This document shows positions 10,351-19,872 of a stretch of DNA of 64,000 bases, in pieces. How positions within the stretch are numbered: the first letter of the stretch is position 1; every line of letters begins with the position of its first letter. This DNA comes from an uncultured Candidatus Rokubacteria bacterium (lineage in GTDB: Bacteria > Methylomirabilota > Methylomirabilia > Rokubacteriales > DASRDR01). The stretch covers positions 1 to 64,000 of the forward strand of contig CAVPSB010000015.1 in NCBI GenBank assembly GCA_963708025.1. The letters are read 5' to 3'. A program made the translations under genes and the position numbers. Under the pieces are notes generated by a model. It worked only from the letters and a program-made list of their open reading frames with translations. It searched no databases and was not told the origin of the DNA.

Positions 10351-11337
10351 ATGAGCGCCAAGTGGGTCCGATCGTCCGTCGTTGCCGTCGTGTGCCTCGC
10401 GCTCGTCGCGGGCCTGCCGTCCTCGGAGGCGGCCGCACAGGCCAAGTACCCGAGCCGCCCGATCCAGCTCATCTGCCCGTGGGCCGCGGGCGGGGGCACC
10501 GACCGCATCGCCCGCATGGTGGCGGTGCTGCTGGAGAAGGAGCTGGGACAGCCTGTGACCGTCGTAAACCGGACCGGCGGCAGCGGCGCCGTGGGCCACA
10601 CGGCGGGAGCGACGGCGACGCCTGACGGTCACACGATCACCATCGTGACCGTTGAGCTGACGATGATGCATTGGATGGGCCTGACGCCGCTCACCTTCCG
10701 GGAGTTCACGCCTGTCGCCCTGCTCAACATCGACCCAGCCGGCGTCCAGGTCGCGGCCAACTCCGAGTGGAAGACGGTGAAGCAGTTGCTCGACTGGATC
10801 AAGGCCAACCCCGGCAAGGCCAAGGCCTCAGGGACGGGGCGCGGCGGCAGCTGGGACATCGCCCGCGCCGGGATGCTGAAGGCGGCCGGGATTCCGATCG
10901 ACGCGTTGCCGTGGGTGCCGAGCACCGGGGCCGCCACGGGGCTTCAGGAGCTGGTGGCCGGCGGCATCCAGGTCGTGACCGCGAGCCTGGTCGAGGGACG
11001 GCCCCTCATCGAGGCCGGCAAGGTGCGCCCGCTGGCCCACATGGCCGACAAGCGCGACCCGGCGTTCAAAGATGTCCCGACGCTCAAGGAGCTCGGGATC
11101 AACTGGACGATGGGCGCGTGGCGGGGCATCGCGGCGCCCAAGGGCACGCCTCCCGAGATCGTTGCAATCCTAGAGAAGGCGTTGGACAAGGTCGTCCGGA
11201 CCAAGGAGTACAACGACTTCATGAACGCGGCGCCGTTCGGCATCCTCTGGAGCCCAGCGGCCGAGTTCGGGAAGTTCATGGCCGAGCAGGACGCGACCAT
11301 GGGGGTGCTGATGAAGGAAGCGGGCGTCGCCAAGTAG
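10351..11337 (+). CDS. tctC: Tripartite tricarboxylate transporter substrate-binding protein
   Basis: Signal peptide, YPSRPI, PWAAGGGTD, NRTGGSG, VPTLKE. Confidence 0.92.
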   Translation: MSAKWVRSSVVAVVCLALVAGLPSSEAAAQAKYPSRPIQLICPWAAGGGTDRIARMVAVLLEKELGQPVTVVNRTGGSGAVGHTAGATATPDGHTITIVTVELTMMHWMGLTPLTFREFTPVALLNIDPAGVQVAANSEWKTVKQLLDWIKANPGKAKASGTGRGGSWDIARAGMLKAAGIPIDALPWVPSTGAATGLQELVAGGIQVVTASLVEGRPLIEAGKVRPLAHMADKRDPAFKDVPTLKELGINWTMGAWRGIAAPKGTPPEIVAILEKALDKVVRTKEYNDFMNAAPFGILWSPAAEFGKFMAEQDATMGVLMKEAGVAK

Positions 11338-11355
11338 CGTCTCCGGCCGCTCCGC

Positions 11356-11817
11356 ATGAAGATCAGCGACACGGTGGTGGGCGTCGGCTTCGTCGGGGCC
11401 GGCGCCCTCATCGTGGCTGGCACGCTCAACTATCCCTCGCTCGACGGCGGCCACCCGGGCCCCGCCCTGTTCCCGCGGATCCTCGGCACGCTCATGGCGG
11501 TTCTCGGCGCGGCGTTGGCCGTGCAGGGCGCGCGCGCGCGGGACGCAACCCAGGCCGTCGAGTGGCGGCGGCTGCACCGCAACATCGGCCTCGTCAACGC
11601 GCTGTTCGTTCTCGTCGGCGTGCTCGCCTACCTCGGCCTCGTGGAGTGGCTGGGCTTTCTCATCACCGGCACGCTGCTCCTCTTCCTCCTGATGTGGCGC
11701 CTCCGGGTACCGCCCCTCCGGGCGCTGATGGTGGCGATCGCGTTCATCACGATCGTGCACTTCCTGTTCGTGAAGGTCCTCCGGGTCCCGCTGCCGCTCG
11801 GCCTGCTCTGGTGGTGA
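11356..11817 (+). CDS. tctB: Tripartite tricarboxylate transporter small membrane subunit
   Basis: GPALFP motif, four TM segments, LRVPLPLG C-terminus; lies between tctC and tctA. Confidence 0.88.
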   Translation: MKISDTVVGVGFVGAGALIVAGTLNYPSLDGGHPGPALFPRILGTLMAVLGAALAVQGARARDATQAVEWRRLHRNIGLVNALFVLVGVLAYLGLVEWLGFLITGTLLLFLLMWRLRVPPLRALMVAIAFITIVHFLFVKVLRVPLPLGLLWW

Positions 11818-11821
11818 TCGG

Positions 11822-13324
11822 GTGATCGAGCACGTCGTCCAGGCCCTGGTCCTCCTCGCGAGCTGGAAGGTCCTCCTCACCATCGTGATCTGCAGCGTCT
11901 ACGGGCTGTTCGTGGGGGCGATCCCGGGGCTCACCGCGACCATGGCCGCGGCGCTCCTGGTGCCGTTCACGTTCTTCATGGACCCGCTCTCGTCGCTGGT
12001 GGCCATCGTCACCATGTCGGCTATGGCGATCTTCGCCGGGGACATCCCGGCCGCGCTGGTCCGCATCCCGGGCACGCCGTCGTCGGCGGCCTACACCGAG
12101 GACTCCTACGAGCTGACGAAGCAGGGCAAGGCGGAGCTGGTCCTGGGCGTGGACGTCGTGACCTCGGCGATCGGCGGGCTCATGGGCGCGGTGGTCCTGA
12201 TGGTCGCCGCCCCGCTCCTGGCCGAGGTGGCGCTCCGCTTCACGTCGTTCGAGTACTTCTGGCTGGCCGCGCTCGGCCTGTCGGCCACCGTCATGATCGC
12301 GAGCACTCTGCCCCTGAAGGCCGGTCTCGCGCTCCTGTTGGGGCTCTTCTTCTCGACCATCGGCGTGGACATCACCCTCGGCTACCCGCGGTTCACGTTT
12401 GGGACGACCGAGCTGCTGAACGGCCTGGATTTCATCCCCGCGATGATCGGGCTGTTCGGGGTCTCCGAGGTGCTGCGCAACATGGGGAGCGCCACGCTGA
12501 GCTTTCCGATCGCGCCGGTCCGGGCCGAGCGGATCTTCCGGGGGGTGGCCGAGACCTTGTGGCGCTACAAGGCCAACATGGTCCGCGCCGGCGCCATCGG
12601 GACCTTCATCGGCATCCTGCCCGGGGCGGGCGCCGACATCGCGGCCTGGATCGCCTACGCGGTCGCCCGCCGCTTCTCGCGCGAGCCGGAGAAGTACGGG
12701 AAGGGGGCGATCGAGCCGATCGTGGACGCGGGGACCGCCAACAACGCCTGCCTGGCCGGCGACTGGGTGCCGGCCCTCGTCTTCGGCATCCCGGGCGACT
12801 CGATCACCGCGATCGTGATCGGGGTCCTGTACATGAAGGGGCTGCGGCCCGGCCCCATGATCTTCGAGCAGCAGCCCCAGCTCGTCTACGCGGTGTACCT
12901 CTCCTTCATCATGGCCAACCTCCTGCTGATCCCCTTCGGCTACCTGGCCATCAAGGCGAGCGGGTTCATGCTCCGCGTGCCCCGCAACGTCCTGATGCCG
13001 GCGATCCTGATGTTCTGCGTGGTCGGCGCCTTCGCCATCAACAACAGCTTGGTGGACGTGGTGCTGATGCTGGCGATGGGCGTCTTCGGCTACTTCCTCG
13101 AGGCCAACGGGATCCCCGTCGCGCCGATCGTGCTGGGCATGGTGCTAGGCCCCATCCTCGAGCAGAACTTCATGGTCAGCATGATCAAGACCGAGTGGGA
13201 TCTCACCCAGTTCGTCCAGCGCCCGGTCGCGCTCATCCTCGGCGGGCTCACCGTGCTGGTCTGGCTGACGCCGCTCTACCCCTGGCTCCTCGCGCGCGGG
13301 CGGTGGCTCGCGACGTCCCGCTGA
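11822..13324 (+). CDS. tctA: Tripartite tricarboxylate transporter permease
   Basis: GAIPGL, RIPGTP, GILPGAG and GIPGD motifs; polytopic membrane protein. Confidence 0.92.
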   Translation: MIEHVVQALVLLASWKVLLTIVICSVYGLFVGAIPGLTATMAAALLVPFTFFMDPLSSLVAIVTMSAMAIFAGDIPAALVRIPGTPSSAAYTEDSYELTKQGKAELVLGVDVVTSAIGGLMGAVVLMVAAPLLAEVALRFTSFEYFWLAALGLSATVMIASTLPLKAGLALLLGLFFSTIGVDITLGYPRFTFGTTELLNGLDFIPAMIGLFGVSEVLRNMGSATLSFPIAPVRAERIFRGVAETLWRYKANMVRAGAIGTFIGILPGAGADIAAWIAYAVARRFSREPEKYGKGAIEPIVDAGTANNACLAGDWVPALVFGIPGDSITAIVIGVLYMKGLRPGPMIFEQQPQLVYAVYLSFIMANLLLIPFGYLAIKASGFMLRVPRNVLMPAILMFCVVGAFAINNSLVDVVLMLAMGVFGYFLEANGIPVAPIVLGMVLGPILEQNFMVSMIKTEWDLTQFVQRPVALILGGLTVLVWLTPLYPWLLARGRWLATSR

Positions 13325-13329
13325 TCTCG

Positions 13330-13610
13330 GGGAAGCCCTCGCCGCTTCGCCGCCTGCCGCCGGCCCCTAGCCCGTGGAGTTTCGTCGCACGGACGGGGAT
13401 CCGCGAGGTGCGCACCTCCCCGCACGCGCCCTGGCCAGGTCCCTGCCAATGCGCGCATGATCACCTGCTGGTAGGTCATGGCCCGCTCCACGGCGGCCGC
13501 CCGACCACTCCATGAGCACCTCCTTGGCTGCCCATGGGTGTACCGGCGACCGCCCGAAAAGCGGACACTTCATATGCTCTCGGGAGCGGACAGACTATGT
13601 CCTCCCTACG
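13330..13610 (-). mobile_element. Degenerate IS remnant (ISNCY/IS481-like transposase N-terminus plus terminal repeat region)
   Basis: VERAMTYQQVIMRALAG HTH-like start that then degenerates; GCGGACA repeated twice within 13560-13595, typical of IS end binding sites. Confidence 0.5.
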
Positions 13611-13627
13611 ACGGGATGCAGTGAGCG

Positions 13628-14258
13628 TTGCGGCAAACCCAGGGAGCGGCTAGACTGGCCGCGCTCCATGGGCGAGTTGCCAGAGGCGAGTTCGAGCTGT
13701 TCCTCGCCGAGCTCTCCACCCGGCTCACCGGGATCGAGGCCGAGCGGGTCGACACGGAGATCGAGCGCGCCTTGCGCCAGTCCGTCGAGTGCCTCGGCAC
13801 GGACCGCGTGACCTTTGCGGAGTTCTCCCCCGACGGCACGAGCCTCCGTCCCACCCACTCGTGGGCGCGGCCGCCGATCGAGCCCCACACGAGCCCCTTC
13901 CTGCAGACAGACGCGCCATGGGTTCACGACCGCCTCCTCCACGGCGAGGCCATCCGGATTGAGCGACTGCCAGATGACTTGCCGGAGGGGGCCGGCCGGG
14001 AGCGTGAGTACGTGTCACGGACCGGCATCAAGTCCATCCTGGTCCTCCCGATCGCCGTCGGGGGCCGCTTCGTCTGTGCCCTCGCGACGGGCGCGTTCCA
14101 GACGCCGCGGGCGTGGTCGGACGTCACAGTGGCCCGCATGCGGACCGTGGGGCAGATCCTCGCGCACGCCCTCTACCGCGAGCGAGCGGAAGGCGAGCTC
14201 CGGACGCGCCTGGCCGAGATCGGCCAGCTCAAGGCGCGCCTCGAAGCCGAGAACGTCT
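13628..14258 (+). pseudogene. Truncated GAF-domain N-terminus of an FhlA-like sigma-54 activator
   Basis: GAF domain (GIKSILVLPIAVGG) and coiled coil ending LKARLEAENV, broken just where the AAA+ domain normally begins. Confidence 0.65.
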
Positions 14259-14289
14259 TACCCGGGGCGCCAGGCGGCATTCGGGCCGA

Positions 14290-14465
14290 ACCTCCAGGCG
14301 GTCCCGCTCACCGCGCTGTGGGATGTCAGCCGAGAAGAGGTCATGGCCGGAAAGCTCCTGGCCTTCCTCGACCGAGTCGGCGCACGGGACCTGTACGACG
14401 TCGCGGCGTTCGCTGCCGCGCCCGCCGGATACGACCGGTCTGTGCTGCGACGCCTCGTCGTCGCC
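14290..14465 (+). pseudogene. Fragment of an AbiEii/AbiGii-type nucleotidyltransferase toxin
   Basis: VSREEVMAGKLLAFLDRVGARDLYDV matches the E-x(4)-K-x(5)-R-x(3)-RD-x-YD C-terminal motif of this family. Confidence 0.6.
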
Positions 14466-14469
14466 TCGC

Positions 14470-14702
14470 ATCCGGGGCGACGCGCGCCGAGGGTACTGCT
14501 CGAGGGTCGCGGCGATGAATGCCTTGTACGGATCCAGGGCGCTGGGCCGGATCTGGGGCCCGGGGTGGATGCCGCGATCGCGATTGAGCGCGCGGCGGAC
14601 GGTCTCATGGTGGACCCCCAGGGCGTCGGCCACGGTGCCGATCGGCCAGTGCTCGGCGTAGAAGAGGCGGCGCATCTCGGCGCGCTGGAGGAGCGAGATC
14701 AT
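14470..14702 (-). mobile_element. istA: Truncated IS21-family transposase (IstA N-terminus)
   Basis: RRLFYAEHWPIGTVADALGVHHETVRRAL...RPSALDPYKAFI...LEQYPR; the DDE domain is missing. Confidence 0.75.
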
Positions 14703-14711
14703 CGGCGGCCC

Positions 14712-15194
14712 TCAGCGCCGCGGCGTGGGCCGGGGCGGGCGCATGTGCGCCAAGGTGACGTGGCGGAGGAAGCGGCCAGGCCGGCCGCAGCGGGCACACC
14801 GGGGTCGCGGGCGATGAGTCGGGCGTGGGCGGTCGGCATCGAGGGGGGCCTCCTTGGCCCCCGCCGGCGTGACGGTCGCGGCGGGGGGCGGGGAGACGAT
14901 GCCGCAATCGAGCGGGGGCTGGGAAGTCTGATGCGTCACATTCTCGCGCCGGGCCCGATAGCGGGCCTGGCGGGCCGCGTGGTGGAGTCGCCCCCGCCAG
15001 GTCTGCTGGTACCGCCGGGCCGCCGCGTCGAGCGTGGCGTGCCGCGCATGCTGCGCACAGGGGCGGGAGCAGTAGCGATCGCCGCGATCGCACCGGCGGC
15101 AGAGGAAGAAGACCCGACGGCAGTCTGCGCGCCCGCAGACGACGAATCGGAACGAGTCCACGCGCCCCCGCGTGCCAGACGCGGGGGTGGACAA
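14712..15194 (-). CDS. Cys-rich (zinc-finger-like) ORF carried upstream of istA inside the IS21-like element
   Basis: CGRADC, CRRCDRGDRYCSRPC and CARCG motifs; directly upstream of istA. Confidence 0.6.
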   Translation of the reverse strand: MSTPASGTRGRVDSFRFVVCGRADCRRVFFLCRRCDRGDRYCSRPCAQHARHATLDAAARRYQQTWRGRLHHAARQARYRARRENVTHQTSQPPLDCGIVSPPPAATVTPAGAKEAPLDADRPRPTHRPRPRCARCGRPGRFLRHVTLAHMRPPRPTPRR

Positions 15195-15369
15195 TCACAG
15201 CCGGATATGCGAAGACAGGGACGCGCCGAATCGCGCGCCCCCGCGAGATTTGGCCCGAGGGCCCGGAGTGGTTCAGACTCCGGGCCCTCACCCACCAGCG
15301 CCCTCGGCGGGACCGCTCTACCTCAGGTCAGGCTTTCTCGCAAGCCCCAGGACTTCTCGTCCCGTCCCC

Positions 15370-15405
15370 TGTCGAGAATTCCGCACTTTCCAGTGCTCAG
15401 CGACA
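15370..15405 (-). mobile_element. Probable IS21 terminal inverted repeat
   Basis: Minus strand begins TGTCGCTGAGCACTGGAAAGTG at 15405; SBP coding sequence resumes directly at 15406 with no signal peptide. Confidence 0.45.
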
Positions 15406-16307
15406 TTCCGTTTCGGTCACCTGGCGGCGGGCGGTCGGACGCCCGACGGTGCGCCCCCTGGCCCGCTCCGCGAAGGCCTGCGAGGGCTGGGCTATGTCGA
15501 GGGCCAGAACGTCGCGTACGAGGCACGCTTTGCGGAGGGCAAGGCGGAGCGGCTCCCCGGCCTGGCGGCGGAGCTTGTGCGGCTCAAGATTGACGTCATC
15601 GTGGCGCAAGGGGGGCTGGCGGCGGCGGCGGCGAAGCAGGCGACCTCGACCATTCCGATCGTCATAGCGCCCGCCTCGGGGGACGCCGTGGCTGCCGGGT
15701 TGATTGCGAGCCTCGCCCGCCCGGGCGGGAACGTTACGGGATTGACCGACGAGTCCGTTCAGCTCAGCGCCAAGCGGATGGAGCTCCTGAAGGAAGCGGT
15801 GCCAAAGGCGGCGCTGATCGCCGTCCTCTGGAACGCGAACGATCAGGGCATGACGCTCCGTTACCGCGAGATCGAGAAGGCGGCGCGGATTCTCCACGTG
15901 GAGGTGCAGGCGTTCGGGGTGCGCGAGCCCGATGATTTCGCCGTCGCCTTTTCCACGATGACGCGCCGCCGGCCGGACGCCATGTTCCTGGTGGCGGGTG
16001 CGCTCACAACCATGAACCGTAAGCAACTCATCGAGTTCGCGGCGACGCACCGCATTCCCGCCATGTACGAGATCTAGCTTCATCGTCCGCGACGGCGGGC
16101 TGATGTCGTACGGGCCCAGCTTCGAGGACGGGTTCCGTCAGGCCGCGCTCTACATCGATCGAATCTTCAAGGGCGCGAAACCGGCCGACTTGCCGGCGGA
16201 ACAGCCGACGAGGTACTACCTCGGCGTCAATCTCAAGACGGCGGCGACGCTGGGCCTGACCGATCCCGCCGTCGCTGCTGCTGCGGGCGGACGAGGTCAT
16301 CCAGTGA
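15406..16307 (+). pseudogene. ABC-type substrate-binding protein (ABC_sub_bind-like), 5'-truncated by the IS, with frameshifts near 16075 and 16261
   Basis: [30 protein letters not shown] and KPADLP motifs spread over three frames. Confidence 0.8.
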
Positions 16308-17297
16308 TGGATCGGCGCGCGTTCCTCAGCACGATCGCGCTCGGCCTCCTCGCCGCGCCGCTCGCCGCCGAGGCTCAGCAGGCGGCCAAGGTCGCTCGAA
16401 TAGGCTTCCTGGCGGCCAACCTGGCCGCTAATCCCCACCTGACAGAGGCCTTCCTCCAAGGACTGCGTGACCTCGGTTACGTCGAGGGCCGCAACCTCGA
16501 TGATCGAGTACCGAGATGCTGAGGGGAAGCTCGAGCGGCTCCCCGCTCTTGCGGCCGAACTGGTTGCGCTCAAGGTTGATGTCATCGTGGCCCCGAACAC
16601 GCCCGCCGCCCTGGCCGCCAAGCACGCGACCAGGACCCTCCCCATTGTCTTCATTGGTGCGGGCGATCCGGTGACGAGCGGGCTCGTCACCAGCCTGGCG
16701 CGGCCAGGCGGCAATGTCACGGGGTTGTCCGTCCTCTCCACGGAGCTCGTCGGCAAGTGGCTGGAACTGCTCAAGCAGGCCGTTCCGGGGGTCAGTCGGG
16801 TCGCTGTCCTCTGGCAGCCAGGCGCCATGGACGAACGCACGGACAAGGAAATGCAGAAGGAAGCAGAAGTCGCGGCGCAGGCGCTGGGGGTGCGGCTTCA
16901 ATTCGTTGAGGCGCGAGGTCCCGCCGATTTCGACAGGGCCTTCTCGGACATGACCAGGGCGCGCGCGGGTGCTCTGACTGTGCGGCCAGCCCCCATGTTC
17001 ATCAGTGAGCGAAGACGCCTCGTGGACCTGGCGGCCAAGAACCGGCTGCCGGCGGTGTACGCATGGAGGGAGTTTGTCGATGCCGGGGGTCTTATGGCCT
17101 ATGGACCGAACCTTGCTGATTTGTATCGGCGCGCCGCGACCTACGTGGACAAGATTCTCAAGGGCGCCAAGCCCGCCGACCTCCCCGTCGAGCAGCCGAC
17201 CAAGTTCGAGCTGGTGATCAACCTCAAGACGGCCAAGGCGCTCGGCCTGACGATCCCGCCGTCGGTGCTGGCGCGGGCGGATGAGGTGATTCAATGA
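16307..17297 (+). CDS. ABC-type substrate-binding protein paralog 2 (frameshift near 16500)
   Basis: MDRRAF signal peptide, [45 protein letters not shown]. Confidence 0.85.
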
Positions 17298-18271
17298 CGT
17301 GGCTCGCGGTTCTTCCTCGCCCTCACCCTCCTCGCCGCGCCGTTCGGCGCCGAGGCACAGCAGGCGGGGAAGGTGTACCGGATCGGGTTCCTCGGCGCCA
17401 CCTCGCCGTCTGGCTACGCGAGTCAGGTGGAGGCGTTCCGGGGAGGGCTTCGCGATCTCGGTTACGTCGAGGGCAAGAACCTCGTCATCGAGTTCCGATG
17501 GGCCGAGGGGAATTACGCACGTCTTCCCGACCTAGCCGCCGAGCTGGTTCGCCTGAAGCCCGACGTGTTGGTGACTCACGCCCCGGCCGGCACACTTGCT
17601 GCTAAGCGGGCAACGGCCACGATTCCCATCGTGATGGGGGTCGCCGGCGATGCCGTCGCGATCGGGCTCGTCGAGGGCCTCGCGCGTCCTGGCGGGAACG
17701 TCACCGGGTCGTCCTTCTTTTTCCCGGAGCTCAACGCCAAACGGCTGGAGGTACTCAAGGAGGCCCTTCCACGCTTGAGTCGCGTGGGCGTCCTTCTGAA
17801 TCCCGATAACCCCGCGAATGCGGCGATGCTTCGGGCGATGGAAGAAACCGCCCGGTCGGTCAAGATCCAGCTGCACGCGGTCGAGGTGCGGAGCCCCGCG
17901 GAGTTCGAGGGCGCCTTTGCCACCATCGTGAAGGGGCGCGCCGGCGCGCTTGCGGTGCTACGACGACGCCATGCTCATCGCGGAAGCCGCGCGGATCGCG
18001 GACCTGGCGAGGAAGAGCCGGCTTGCCCACGATCGGGTTCGTCGAGTACGCGAAGGCCGGTGGTCTGCTGGCCTTTGGAGTGAACTTCCCTGATCTTTGG
18101 CGCCGGGCGGCGGGCTTCGTGGACAAGATCCTCAAGGGCGCCAAGCCGGCCGACCTCCCCGTCGAGCAGCCGACGAGGTTCGAGCTGGTCGTCAACCTCA
18201 AGACCGCGAAGGCCCTCGGCCTCACCATCCCGCAGTCGGTGCTAGCGCGGGCGGATGAGGTGATTCAGTAG
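17294..18271 (+). CDS. ABC-type substrate-binding protein paralog 3 (frameshifts near 17310, 17960 and 18022)
   Basis: [51 protein letters not shown]. Confidence 0.83.
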
Positions 18272-18411
18272 CCCGCCCAGTACCCCTGCTTGGCAGTGGA
18301 TCAGTTTGAGTTTGCCGGTGAATGAAACCTCGACATTCGTCATCCCGAATCACCTTAGCGATCAGCGATGAGCTCTTCGAGACGGGGAGAGAGGGTTTGC
18401 CTGGAGGCGAA

Positions 18412-18915
18412 ATGAGGCGACTATTCGCCATTCTTGGTTCTGCTTTCTTTCTAGTCATCGCCCCCGGAAGCGTTGCCGTGCTCGTGCCGTGGTGGATCTC
18501 ACGCTGGCAGCTGCAGGCGCCCTTCGTGAACTTCCCTCCCATTCGTGTTTTGGGTGTCCTCTTGATTGCCGCAGGGCTCCCGGTGCTGCTGGACTCATTT
18601 GCCAGGTTCCCGCTCCAGGGCCTTGGCACACCTGCACCCATTTTCCCGACCCGTCACCTTGTGGTCACCGGACCCTATCGTCATGTGCGGAATCCCATGT
18701 ACGTCTCTGTGGTCTCCCTGATCGTTGGCCAGGGGCTGTTATTCGGGAATCTGCGTGTACTCGAGTATGGATTTGCCGTCTGGCTCGCCTTCCATCTGTT
18801 TGTACTGCTATACGAAGAACCGACCTTGCGTTCAACTTTCGAGGCCGGATATGAAGCCTTCTGCGCGAATGTCCCTCGATGGATTCCTCGCCTCCGTCCA
18901 TGGAAGGGCAACTGA
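18412..18915 (+). CDS. Isoprenylcysteine carboxyl methyltransferase / PEMT-like membrane protein
   Basis: GTPAP, LVVTGPYRHVRNPMY, YEEP and VPRWIP motifs; GGAGG RBS; visibly lower GC than flanks. Confidence 0.88.
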   Translation: MRRLFAILGSAFFLVIAPGSVAVLVPWWISRWQLQAPFVNFPPIRVLGVLLIAAGLPVLLDSFARFPLQGLGTPAPIFPTRHLVVTGPYRHVRNPMYVSVVSLIVGQGLLFGNLRVLEYGFAVWLAFHLFVLLYEEPTLRSTFEAGYEAFCANVPRWIPRLRPWKGN

Positions 18916-19363
18916 CCCACTACTGTCCGCCCCGCAGGCTTGAGCTTGGAGCCCAAGAGCAGTGCACGGGTTGAGCCCCGGATGCCCCGCCAGGGTGCCC
19001 CAGGGCTTGTTGGAGGCTCGTGTTCGAGGGGAAGGGGGAAACTTCCCTACACCTGAGGGACCCACGCGCGCCTACGGGCCCCTTCGGCCCCCAAGGGAAG
19101 GGTAAAAGAAGGGGGCCCATCCACCGGGGCTTTACCCTGGCAATGCCCGACTGACTGGGGACACTTCCGCTTGACTTGGGGCCGTGAACCCGCCTGCCCC
19201 GCCACGGATAGAATCTAGGGGACGCTGACGTCAGCTTGGTGACAGCGGGTACGCTAATGCGCGCTTCGTTACGTCATAGAGCAGAGTTCGACCGCCGCGA
19301 ACCAGGCGGGCGTTCTCAGTCAACGACCCAGGGGCCTCTGCCCCTCTGTCGGCGCGGCGGCGG

Positions 19364-19651
19364 CTACCGCTGCATGTTGTGGAGCTCAAAGGCCGTCTCC
19401 TGAGGAGCCGTGGCGAAGCCACCTTTGATGCCCTGCTGCAGTCGGGGCATGAGAGTGCTGTCGCGGAACCGCTCCCAGCTCTCCTTGGAGTCGTGGACGG
19501 CGATGATCCTCCAGCCACCCTCCGATGGGCCGGCCGCATGGAAGACCTGGCCCGTGGGCAGACGGTCTCTACTTGGATGCACCGCCGCTAACGACGCCTC
19601 GTACTGTTCCTTCGTGCCGCCCGGGAAGAAGTGAATGATTGCGTAAGCCAT
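19364..19651 (-). CDS. Small hypothetical protein (dimeric alpha-beta barrel/ABM-like)
   Basis: 95-aa ORF with GAGAGGAGA RBS; FHAAGPSEGGWRIIAVHDSKESWERF pattern. Confidence 0.7.
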   Translation of the reverse strand: MAYAIIHFFPGGTKEQYEASLAAVHPSRDRLPTGQVFHAAGPSEGGWRIIAVHDSKESWERFRDSTLMPRLQQGIKGGFATAPQETAFELHNMQR

Positions 19652-19825
19652 TCTGATCTCTCCTCTCACAGCAACGGGGTAGTCTCAGAGCCCAGAGCCC
19701 AAGTCTACACCCGAGAACGAAGTACGTAACGCGCGCGCGTCATCGGGCCCGGACGGGCCCGCAAGGAGGTGGAAAAGGGGCCCCATCCACCGGGCCTTGG
19801 AATCTGGAGGGGATCGGGACCGCGC

Positions 19826-19855
19826 TTGACCCTTCTTCCCCCTCAGGACTACCCT
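19826..19855 (+). promoter_or_regulatory. Possible sigma-70 promoter for the histidine kinase
   Basis: TTGACC-N18-TACCCT, ending 17 nt before ATG 19873. Confidence 0.3.
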
Positions 19856-19872
19856 TGGCGCACCGGAGGCCC

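Noticed and set aside
16075-16077. TAG in SBP paralog 1 as a recoded stop (pyrrolysine)
   Set aside because: Homology continues in a different frame, so this is a frameshift, not readthrough.
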